Shown here: positions 1 through 8,125 of the stretch, one piece after another
Layout: each line of letters starts with the position of its first letter
How positions within the stretch are numbered: position 1 is the first letter of the stretch
Virus genome (UHGV): UHGV-0060500
Strand: one strand, 5' to 3'
DNA: 52,459 nucleotides
From: a virus
The notes under the pieces: generated by a model
What the model saw: only the letters and a program-made list of their open reading frames with translations
What the model was told of the DNA's origin: nothing
Database searches by the model: none
Position numbers and translations under genes: made by a program

Positions 1-171
1 TCAACAGTCGCGCCGCGCTGTTGGCATAAATTAACTGTTCCTCAAAGGGCGAAACGATCCAGACAGGACCAGCGCACTATGTTTAAAGGCGTTTAACTCT
101 GTTCAATCTCTCCACTAAAATTACTTAAAAATCATCCGGTTGCAACCAAAACCAAGCATCACGTTTCTAAT

Positions 172-200
172 TCCGTACAATACTGTTAATATCCGTACAA
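172..200. promoter_or_regulatory. Direct repeat TCCGTACAA x2 (172-180, 192-200) upstream of integrase; possible int promoter or arm-type site
   Basis: Two identical 9-mers 20 bp apart, about 45 bp upstream of the int start codon. Confidence 0.25.
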
Positions 201-242
201 CAAAAACTGTGTACCAAAACGTGACCAAAATGGGGGGGCAAC

Positions 243-1433
243 ATGCTTACGGATACCAGGTTAAGGACTATTGCCAACAAGCCATATGACGGCCCAAGCG
301 AGATAGCTGATCGTGATGGCCTGTCAGCCAGGATAAGTCCAAAAGGGAAAATTACTTTCCAGTACCGTTACAGATTCAACGGTAAGCCAGTGCGAATGAA
401 GATCGGCGAGTACGGGAAAATGAGTCTGAAAGACGCCCGCTATGCGGTGGCTGAATACAGGGAGTTGCTTGCGAAAGGGAAGAATCCGGCACTGTGCGTA
501 AAGCAGGCCATAGCCTTTGAACAGGGCAAGAGATCGATAACAGACGTAGTGGAAGACTATCTATCCCTGCCGAACGTCATTAAGCTGGTGGCATATAAAG
601 AAGTCAAAAGCGCATTGATGCGCCATGTTGTCAACAAGTACGGCGACTACATAGCTGACGACGTAACGACAAAACAGTGGATGGATATATTTGGCGAGAT
701 CACTGCGGCGGGTCACGCGGTTACGGCTGGTTTGATATTGAAGCGAATGAAAATCATCGTTAACAGCGCAATCAGGCGCGGGCTAATGACTAACACGGCG
801 ATAAACAATATCCGTGTAGCTGACGTTGGCGAGCATTATGCGGTGGGGGAGCGTTACCTTTCATGTGAGGAGATAGGCCACTTCTGGCGCACGGTAGACA
901 GTTCGCAGATCTATCCGCAGAACAAAATAGCCTTAAAGCTATTATTGCTAACCGGGTGCAGGGTTGGTGAATTGCAGAAAATGAGAAGGGAACACCTAGA
1001 CCTGGACAACGGTGTGTGGACCGTTCCGGCGGCGGTGGCGAAGACAAGAAGTGAAATCAGGCGGGGATTATCTGACTTGTCGATAAAAATGCTCAGGGAG
1101 GTTTTAACCTCCCATGAGTATGATTATGTATTCCCGCCAGTGATTAACGGCGGCAACAGGCCAGTAAACGCATCAGTGATAAAAGTAGCTGCAATATTCG
1201 TGCGTAAAAGGATGGGCGGTAAATCATGGTCCTGTCACGACCTCCGCAGGACGTGCCGGACACACCTTTCAGCTATAGGTGTTCCGGTACATATTGCAGA
1301 AAAGGTCTTAGGCCATTCATTAAGGGGGATACTGGCGGTGTACGATAAATATGATTATCTTGATGAACAAAAGGAGGCACTAAATAAGTTTGCGGATTAT
1401 GTATTATCTTTGGCTGACGTTAAACCAATCTGA
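243..1433 (+). CDS. int: Tyrosine site-specific integrase (P4-like)
   Basis: 396 aa; N-terminal arm-binding-like region, C-terminal catalytic region with R...HDLRRT...H...Y pattern (CHDLRRTCRTHL, LGHS, VYDKYDY) typical of tyrosine recombinases. Confidence 0.85.
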   Translation: MLTDTRLRTIANKPYDGPSEIADRDGLSARISPKGKITFQYRYRFNGKPVRMKIGEYGKMSLKDARYAVAEYRELLAKGKNPALCVKQAIAFEQGKRSITDVVEDYLSLPNVIKLVAYKEVKSALMRHVVNKYGDYIADDVTTKQWMDIFGEITAAGHAVTAGLILKRMKIIVNSAIRRGLMTNTAINNIRVADVGEHYAVGERYLSCEEIGHFWRTVDSSQIYPQNKIALKLLLLTGCRVGELQKMRREHLDLDNGVWTVPAAVAKTRSEIRRGLSDLSIKMLREVLTSHEYDYVFPPVINGGNRPVNASVIKVAAIFVRKRMGGKSWSCHDLRRTCRTHLSAIGVPVHIAEKVLGHSLRGILAVYDKYDYLDEQKEALNKFADYVLSLADVKPI

Positions 1434-1627
1434 TCAAAGAACTGCATTACGTCCTGATAGCGGTACATAACGCCACGCCCGGTACCAAGTACATCAACAG
1501 GGGCCGGGAACGGAGTTCCGTTCCGTTCCCACTTTTTACGCCATAAATAAAACGTTCCCCTGCTAATTCCTCCCAGCATCCGGCAGATGGCAGGGCGACT
1601 AAGAAGAATTGTCCCGGTTTTATCCAT
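1397..1627 (-). CDS. AlpA-family phage transcriptional regulator / excisionase-like protein
   Basis: 76 aa; ICRMLGGISRGTFYLWRKK...RYQDVMQF resembles the AlpA/Xis HTH; convergent with and adjacent to int. Confidence 0.65.
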   Translation of the reverse strand: MDKTGTILLSRPAICRMLGGISRGTFYLWRKKWERNGTPFPAPVDVLGTGRGVMYRYQDVMQFFDQIGLTSAKDNT

Positions 1628-2286
1628 TATTCCCCCTTGTATTCAGTGAACGGGATATTGCCATCAATGATCTCGCAGGCCATGTTGCGATAATCATGCG
1701 ACCATTCGTTTTCATGATAAAAATCAATCTCTTTTGCCGCATCTTTACCAATAACGACAATAGCCAGAGATTTAGCTATTCTCCCCAACGCCTGGTTGCG
1801 CGGATCTATATACAGCTTGAAAGAGCATGTTTTCCATGATAGCGGCCTCTCGCCACCGCAATCTTCCTTGCTTTCACATATAGCCCATTTATCACCAACA
1901 TATTTAAATTTAACGACATCGAGAACCGTTCCGCTCGTAAGACCCACACAATCAAGCCATACATTAACAGGAGGTTTATCACCTGCGGCCCATTCCGTTT
2001 TTTCTGGTTGTGTTTCGCAGTCATGGCGTTCATCTTCGATTAATTCATCAATGATTTCACTTTCTTTATTCATGCCATCATCATCCTTATTAGATAAATT
2101 AGCGTATTTATCAAATTTCCAGCCCGCAGCCATAACAGAATAAGTGCCGCCAGTGTCAGCGCGAACACCCAATAAATAGTATGTTCCAAAATTATATTCT
2201 GTGCGGCATGTTGTTACCTCAAACGATGGGTAACACTCAGGGTTAGTGCGATGGCTAATCACACCGATTGCTTTTGATTTACTCAT
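1627..2286 (-). CDS. Hypothetical protein (219 aa)
   Basis: Long ORF in operon context on the minus strand; no motif recognised. Confidence 0.5.
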   Translation of the reverse strand: MSKSKAIGVISHRTNPECYPSFEVTTCRTEYNFGTYYLLGVRADTGGTYSVMAAGWKFDKYANLSNKDDDGMNKESEIIDELIEDERHDCETQPEKTEWAAGDKPPVNVWLDCVGLTSGTVLDVVKFKYVGDKWAICESKEDCGGERPLSWKTCSFKLYIDPRNQALGRIAKSLAIVVIGKDAAKEIDFYHENEWSHDYRNMACEIIDGNIPFTEYKGE

Positions 2287-2300
2287 TTGTTTATCCTCAA

Positions 2301-2477
2301 TTATGCCACTGGTACATCGTCAACTTTAATAAAATAATGTGGATGATTTCTAATATCTCTCAGGTAGTAGCATTGACACTCTCGCCACTCATTAGCCGCG
2401 CGATTAAGATAAAACACATTACCATTTTCTACCTTGTAATAAATCCCGGTCGGTTTAGCTTTAAAATACTCAACCAT
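2301..2477 (-). CDS. Hypothetical small protein (58 aa)
   Basis: ATG overlaps the NinB stop (TAATG); no recognised motif. Confidence 0.3.
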   Translation of the reverse strand: MVEYFKAKPTGIYYKVENGNVFYLNRAANEWRECQCYYLRDIRNHPHYFIKVDDVPVA

Positions 2478-2908
2478 TATTGCCCCCAGCGTTTTATGAA
2501 TTCCTCGTTTAATTTCGTATCACCCGACCATTGAACATCATGTTCAGCACCGAACGAGTAAATTAATTCGATTAGTTCACTGAATTCTGATTTACTCATT
2601 CGACTTGTAGATGTTCCCAATACAACGAAGCCGGATTTATCCAGATTAGGCACGACGCCATATTTTTTAAGCCCGGCGGTGAATACCGCTTTCCAGTCTT
2701 CCGGCGACAGCTTCTTACCGTACCAATTAACCTGATCACTAATGTCGGTTAGCAACGCCCATAGAAAGCTATTTTGGCTTAGCGAGCGGGTTTTCTCCTG
2801 GATGGTAATTATCAGCGGGCTTTTGCTATCAGGCTGGATCTCTCTTATCTGCCTGATAGCGTTTTCTTTTACGGCGTCGTTTACTATTTCAAATCTAATT
2901 TGCCTCAT
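2477..2908 (-). CDS. ninB: NinB-like recombination protein (Orf family)
   Basis: 143 aa; ITIQEKTRSLSQNSFLWALLTDISDQV...VVPNLDKSGFVVLGTSTSRMSKSEFSELIELI aligns closely with lambda NinB as recalled. Confidence 0.8.
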   Translation of the reverse strand: MRQIRFEIVNDAVKENAIRQIREIQPDSKSPLIITIQEKTRSLSQNSFLWALLTDISDQVNWYGKKLSPEDWKAVFTAGLKKYGVVPNLDKSGFVVLGTSTSRMSKSEFSELIELIYSFGAEHDVQWSGDTKLNEEFIKRWGQ

Positions 2909-3102
2909 AATACACCGTTACTGTTTTTCCACTGCGCCCGCGCATACATGATCGCCTGCAAAGAAATTAGACGTGAGCTTGTCATGAAAGCGCTTTTTAA
3001 GTATCTCATATCAACCACAACAGGTTTATCAGGATCGTCACCGCGCATGTATTCCGCAATAGTGCTAAAGTCTTCAATGGTTAAATCTAACTCCTTATTC
3101 AT
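2905..3102 (-). CDS. Hypothetical protein (65 aa)
   Basis: ORF with start/stop coupling to neighbours in the nin-like region. Confidence 0.4.
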   Translation of the reverse strand: MNKELDLTIEDFSTIAEYMRGDDPDKPVVVDMRYLKSAFMTSSRLISLQAIMYARAQWKNSNGVL

Positions 3103-3111
3103 GATCGCCCC

Positions 3112-3318
3112 TCACACAATACGCATTGTGTTTCGTAATTCACCGCGCAGCACCCGCAGTGCATCACGCATTGGTACAAAAAACCGGTTAAATTTTACGT
3201 GTTTATATTTCCGCATCAGTGGCGGTGTATACACCTTTGCGTCGTATACTTCCCACGGATAATAAACACGCGTATCGTCGACAAACGTTTCAACTGAATA
3301 AAAGATTACCCGTCTCAT
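3112..3318 (-). CDS. Hypothetical protein (68 aa)
   Basis: ORF coupled to the upstream gene (overlap at 3315-3318). Confidence 0.35.
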   Translation of the reverse strand: MRRVIFYSVETFVDDTRVYYPWEVYDAKVYTPPLMRKYKHVKFNRFFVPMRDALRVLRGELRNTMRIV

Positions 3319-3908
3319 AATTCTAACCCCGTTTCACCGTTAAGTTTTTCGATCTCAAATACTGGTTTATCCGGTAACAGTCCGTTATTTTTCCGGTATT
3401 CATTCAGGCGGCTGTCAAAATCAAACGCGAGATCATTAGCGTGACCAAAGCGACCAGGTTTAAACAGTGAGTAAAAATTAAGGCCGTGTTTATTGGTATC
3501 TATGCAAAGCGTTTCATCCAGCACCATTAAACGCAGCGTGCGCGAAAGGTAATTCCACGGAATACCAGTTTCCGCGCTAATATCTCTCATTCGCTTTCTA
3601 ACGTTGTAGTCAGTAAATAACGCGGCTACACGCTCGCGTCGTTGTTCGTATAAATATTTAATTCGATAGCCCAGCAAGCGGCGGCGCGGGCCAAAATATG
3701 TATACACCCGCTCAACCAGATTAGTGTCGATCAGGTGTTTAACTGTTTCCGGCAAGCATCCGGCTTCGTCGTATTCCGCTGATAATCCGGTTTTCTGGCG
3801 TAGCTGGTGCATTGTTGCGATGCCATCAAGTTCAAGGATATTGATAATTTTTGCTTCAAGTTCAATGCTCATTGTTTTTCGCCTCGTTTTAAGCGCGAAA
3901 ACAGCCAC
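3315..3908 (-). CDS. Hypothetical protein (197 aa), replication/nin region
   Basis: Long ORF immediately downstream of the helicase gene in the same operon. Confidence 0.5.
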   Translation of the reverse strand: MAVFALKTRRKTMSIELEAKIINILELDGIATMHQLRQKTGLSAEYDEAGCLPETVKHLIDTNLVERVYTYFGPRRRLLGYRIKYLYEQRRERVAALFTDYNVRKRMRDISAETGIPWNYLSRTLRLMVLDETLCIDTNKHGLNFYSLFKPGRFGHANDLAFDFDSRLNEYRKNNGLLPDKPVFEIEKLNGETGLEL

Positions 3909-3951
3909 CAGAAAGCGGTCAACTTTCCGGTAAGCCGTTTGCTCAAGTTAA

Positions 3952-5367
3952 TTAAAAAGATGCGTTGTTCTGGCTGTTTCGTGGGGAGAATCTACTTGCC
4001 GCCGGACGTTGTTGCATTGACTGAATGCAAGCGGACGCCGCGCGGGCCTGGTCGCATGGGATGATGTTGCCGTTATCGTCAAACCGCTGGTAAACAGTCC
4101 CCGTTTTCCCGTGACGGTTTTTTGAAACGATGATCTCCATATATTCGCGGGCAACCGATTGTTCGTTGTAGTAGCCGTCGCGGTAGACCATGATGATCCG
4201 GTCTGCGTCCTGCTCAAGATTACCGGAATCACGCAGATCAGAATTGTTCGGGCGCTTGTTCGGTCGTTCCTCAACGCGGCGGGATAATTGCGCCAGCGCC
4301 GCCACTGGCACGCGCAACTCTTTCGCCATCATTTTCAATGACCACGACAATTGCCCTACGGCGAGATCATGACGTTCGGCCTTAGCCAGCTTCATTAACC
4401 CGATGTAGTCAATCATTACCATCCCCAGGTTAGGATGGTCCTGTTTCATCCGTTCGACGGTGGCGCGTATTTCCTCGACCGTTAACTGCGATGCGTCAAC
4501 AATCCACACATCGAGATCGGCAAGGGCACTCATTCCCTGGGCGACGTGCGCCCAACCTTCGTCATCCAGTTTTACCGGATTACGTAGGCAATCCGTTGAT
4601 AAGTTCCCAGCGCCAGCGATAGCACGTTCAGTCATCTGATCGAGCGACATTTCAAGCGTGAACAGCAAAACGCCGACCCGCTGACCTTCGCCGCCAGGGT
4701 ATGGACGTTCAGCCGCCGCGCGGGCAATTGCCAACGCCAACGCCGATTTACCAGACCCTGGGCGTCCGGCGATAAGCACCAGATCAGTAGCATTAATGCC
4801 GCCTAACATTTCGTCGAGTGGGTCAATACCTGTTTTGATGTTGTCAGAGTTCACGCCACACTCCATGCGTTTACTTAGCACTTCCGTGTATTCCTGGACC
4901 GCATCGCGCAACAGCACCGGGATAATTTGATCTTTTGTTACCTTTAATTTTGAATACCGGGAATCAAAATCTTTCATCGTCTCTTTGACGACCTCAAGTG
5001 TCCCAGTTTCCAGTTTGTAGCGCATATCGTCGATGAGTTCCAACATCTGCCGCCGCTGGTGCTCTTCACGTAGTAGCTGTGCATATCCCTTCAGGTTGGC
5101 AGCAGAAGGGCACGATCGCGCCGTTTGCATTAGCGGTACAAAGTTTTCATTACCAATCTCATCACCAACCAGTAACGCGTCGATAAGATTTCTGTTTCTG
5201 GCTTGCGCCCGGATAATTTCAAAAGCCCGCTTATATAGCGGAATAGTGAATACTTCAGGATCGAGCGTAGCAAGAACGTCTTGCGCGTTAGGTGTAAGCC
5301 CGCCTAACAGGAGTCCGCCTATCACAGCAGACTCTCGTTCTTGTCGCAGTGAGTTAACAGAATCCAT
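3952..5367 (-). CDS. Replicative DNA helicase, DnaB family
   Basis: 471 aa; Walker A GRPGSGKSALALAIA, DnaB-like N-terminal and RecA-like C-terminal regions. Confidence 0.9.
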   Translation of the reverse strand: MDSVNSLRQERESAVIGGLLLGGLTPNAQDVLATLDPEVFTIPLYKRAFEIIRAQARNRNLIDALLVGDEIGNENFVPLMQTARSCPSAANLKGYAQLLREEHQRRQMLELIDDMRYKLETGTLEVVKETMKDFDSRYSKLKVTKDQIIPVLLRDAVQEYTEVLSKRMECGVNSDNIKTGIDPLDEMLGGINATDLVLIAGRPGSGKSALALAIARAAAERPYPGGEGQRVGVLLFTLEMSLDQMTERAIAGAGNLSTDCLRNPVKLDDEGWAHVAQGMSALADLDVWIVDASQLTVEEIRATVERMKQDHPNLGMVMIDYIGLMKLAKAERHDLAVGQLSWSLKMMAKELRVPVAALAQLSRRVEERPNKRPNNSDLRDSGNLEQDADRIIMVYRDGYYNEQSVAREYMEIIVSKNRHGKTGTVYQRFDDNGNIIPCDQARAASACIQSMQQRPAASRFSPRNSQNNASF

Positions 5368-5385
5368 TATGGCATTACCTCCGGT

Positions 5386-6504
5386 TTACAAAATGGAATA
5401 TTCAGGGTAATAAACAAAGCGCCCGATTTCCCCGTGATCAGGACTGTAAATTATTACCGCCGCCAGACGCCGCGACCGCCAGCCGCCATTCGTTGAATAA
5501 GCGTCTTTGCCCGCTAACGTGCCGTGATACTCAACAACGCCTAACGATGATTCAATCAACCGTTGGTGGTGCCAGTGCCCGCAATGAGCATAAACCGCCG
5601 CAGACTTACCGAAATCTTCCCGCCAGTCAGAGACGCAGGCAGACAACAAATTTTCTGGTTTTTTGATGGTGTGTCCGTGGTGGTAAGCAAGGAATGTTTT
5701 GCCGTACTGTGTGTGGTGTACGATAGCAGGTGACACGTCAACCGTTACGCGCGGTTCATCTTCGTAAAAAGCCGCCAGCGCAGCACGTAGCCAAATCATC
5801 CCCGACTGATCGTGATTACCTGATAATACCTGGATTTCGATTTCTTTGTGGTTTAACAACATCTTTCCTACAGCACGGCGGACTGACCGGATCGCCACAT
5901 AAACAAGTTTTGCGTAGCGTGAATCGCAATCAAGTACGTGATTGCTTGATGGCGTCACTGGCAACAGCCCATCAGTGTGAAGAACATCCCCACCGAGAAG
6001 CAATACAGCTTTTTCAGACATCGGCGCTGCGCCTACCGCGTAGTCAAAGAAATCATTTAGCACGCGTTCAGCGATCCCGGTGTCGTAGCTCTCACCGCAT
6101 TCAGCTTTATGAGCAAGCGCCCCGATATGCAGATCGAATACCGGATAAAGGGCCAGGCTTTTTTGGAAATCAATTTCCGGCACTGGCACGGCCTCCGCGC
6201 GTGGCATGTCTTCCGTGAAAGCATCGCAAGCCGCTTGCATTAGCCTTTCCATTTCATCGCGATCACGGGCTGTTTTAATCCAGCGCATAATCACATTGCC
6301 ATCCTTATCGACGAGCAATGACTCACCATTGACGCCAAAGCCCGGCGCGCGACGCGTGGATATTAAACCGCGTTTCGCCAACCGTGCGCCCAGGCGTTCG
6401 ACGTTGCGTTTTGCCATTCCATATTCTTCTGCTATTTGCTTGTAAGTTTTCCCCTTGTTGTACTCGGCGATCAGTTCCTCATCGCTGATCTTTCTTTGTG
6501 ACAT
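5386..6504 (-). CDS. HTH domain protein fused to calcineurin-like metallophosphoesterase domain (replication-module protein)
   Basis: 372 aa; N-terminal HTH (TYKQIAEEYGMAKRNVERL); phosphoesterase motifs FDLHIG, GGDVLHTDG, SGNHDQ, GHWHH. Confidence 0.6.
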   Translation of the reverse strand: MSQRKISDEELIAEYNKGKTYKQIAEEYGMAKRNVERLGARLAKRGLISTRRAPGFGVNGESLLVDKDGNVIMRWIKTARDRDEMERLMQAACDAFTEDMPRAEAVPVPEIDFQKSLALYPVFDLHIGALAHKAECGESYDTGIAERVLNDFFDYAVGAAPMSEKAVLLLGGDVLHTDGLLPVTPSSNHVLDCDSRYAKLVYVAIRSVRRAVGKMLLNHKEIEIQVLSGNHDQSGMIWLRAALAAFYEDEPRVTVDVSPAIVHHTQYGKTFLAYHHGHTIKKPENLLSACVSDWREDFGKSAAVYAHCGHWHHQRLIESSLGVVEYHGTLAGKDAYSTNGGWRSRRLAAVIIYSPDHGEIGRFVYYPEYSIL

Positions 6505-6681
6505 AACGTTATTACCTCCGGTTCGCGGAATGAGTATTTATTCATAAATAACTAATTTTTATTAACATGGATTTCACGGTGTCAAAAAATGCCAGTAGGG
6601 TTAATCAACAACTTATGCAAATTGAAATAACCACTTAATGAATAACTAATCGTATACATTGCGGTTTACAATTTGTATACA

Positions 6682-7818
6682 TTAGGATATAGCACAACGG
6701 AAAAACTTGCACCCCAAATAATCTTCAATGCGTTTTTGTCTTATCGCATCGCTTTTTACTTGCCGTTTGTGATGTGACTCATCAATTTCTACAGCAACGT
6801 TATTCACAGGATCGTAGCCATCAATAAAATACTTATTGCCAGCAACATCAACAGGATATTGCCTTATTAATTTAACTCCTTTTAGTTTTTCATACATAGT
6901 TAAGCCAGCATGTTCATAACGCTTCCTAATCATATTTTTACAATTATCTCTCATTTCTGATAATTTCGAGTCGTACTCCTTTTTTATTTCTTCAATTACA
7001 TTTTTATCGCTTTTTAATTCAATAAAGTTTTCTATGTCGTTATAATTCCCGCATTCAAAATTATTATTAAGACCTTTATTTTCACCCCATGCATGATACT
7101 TTTCTGCTATCTTATCGCTAATATATCTTTCATACCCATAATTTGTTTTAACTATAAAATATTCAATATTTAAATCAATGGTAAACTCATCATTATTGAG
7201 GTGTTCAGTTAAAAACGCATCTGGATCTGCAATATCGCTTGAATGGAACAACCTTACCCATAGCTTTTCTATTGATACTCCGCGAGTGACGAACAACCAT
7301 TTTTTGTACTTTTCAGCATCTTCTTTTGACACATACACAGAACATCGCCCAGGAGTATCACTCGTTTCAACATAATTGTTACACCATAAAATATAATTAT
7401 AAGCATAAGGACTATCTTTTTTGGTGTTATTTGAATATGTATTAAAGATATCTTGCAAGTCAACTAATCCACAAGATTCAATAACTGGCTTAACCCATTT
7501 TTCATTATATTCATAATGTCTATATTTACCAGGTGTAACGAATCTAATAAACGTTATGGGTGTGATATACACATCATCACCATCAACAATAAAATCCTTG
7601 TATTCCTCAAATCCGTAAAGATCAGAGTATTTAACAAATGATTTAAGTCTATCAATTTCAAGTTCAGAAACCAGATTATTAACAGACAGTAATTGCGTGT
7701 CCTTACAATTGAGTTTCATATGATAAGTAGCAATCACATATACCTCCTTTATTAATTTTCTATATAACGCCTCAGACGCGCTACAACGCAAAAATCCCAC
7801 CGCGTAACCCGTTTGCAC
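6682..7818 (-). CDS. AT-rich moron protein with C-terminal PD-(D/E)xK (DUF559/Vsr-like) nuclease-like domain; true start probably 7720-7745
   Basis: Markedly lower GC than neighbours; C-terminus YPVDVAGNKYFIDGYDPVNNVAVEIDESHHKRQ...RQKRIEDYLGCKFFR fits the restriction-endonuclease-like fold pattern; strong SD AAGGAGG near 7750. Confidence 0.55.
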   Translation of the reverse strand: MQTGYAVGFLRCSASEALYRKLIKEVYVIATYHMKLNCKDTQLLSVNNLVSELEIDRLKSFVKYSDLYGFEEYKDFIVDGDDVYITPITFIRFVTPGKYRHYEYNEKWVKPVIESCGLVDLQDIFNTYSNNTKKDSPYAYNYILWCNNYVETSDTPGRCSVYVSKEDAEKYKKWLFVTRGVSIEKLWVRLFHSSDIADPDAFLTEHLNNDEFTIDLNIEYFIVKTNYGYERYISDKIAEKYHAWGENKGLNNNFECGNYNDIENFIELKSDKNVIEEIKKEYDSKLSEMRDNCKNMIRKRYEHAGLTMYEKLKGVKLIRQYPVDVAGNKYFIDGYDPVNNVAVEIDESHHKRQVKSDAIRQKRIEDYLGCKFFRCAIS

Positions 7819-7890
7819 AGGTTGCAGTGTCTTATTGCGCCAGAGACGCTATCAGGTGGCTAATTTTCGGTTTACAGACTGGTAGGTAGG

Positions 7891-7992
7891 TTATGGATTA
7901 ACGAGAAGGTACAAACCGCCGAACAAAACGACGTTAACATCTATTGCCGCAGCTATGGCGAAAGCCAGGGCGAAAACGTGTTTACTATCCAT
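7891..7992 (-). CDS. Tiny hydrophobic peptide (33 aa, MDSKHVFALAFAIAAAIDVNVVLFGGLYLLVNP)
   Basis: ATG preceded by GAGAGGA; single predicted TM helix; between the O-like gene and the AT-rich moron. Confidence 0.3.
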   Translation of the reverse strand: MDSKHVFALAFAIAAAIDVNVVLFGGLYLLVNP

Positions 7993-8125
7993 TTTAAAAT
8001 CCTCTCTGTAACGCTCTCTAACGAGCTAATCGCAAAAAGGTAAGCAAGTGTAGCACCACATGCGATTTAGCTCGCTGGTGAGGTTGTTTTGTGGGTAATT
8101 TTGGATTTTTGCGGATCGTGGTTGG

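Noticed and set aside
233-239. G7 homopolymer in the integrase 5' region as a phase-variation slippage tract
   Set aside because: Lies in the untranslated leader next to the SD; short, and nothing shows it is variable; noted only.
790-1047. 85 aa minus-strand ORF inside the integrase gene
   Set aside because: Fully antisense to a well-supported integrase ORF; Pro/Arg-rich low-complexity translation typical of shadow ORFs.
5730-6445. Plus-strand ORFs (162 aa and 79 aa) overlapping the HTH-phosphoesterase gene
   Set aside because: Antisense shadow ORFs with Arg/Ser/Pro-rich composition; no start signals.
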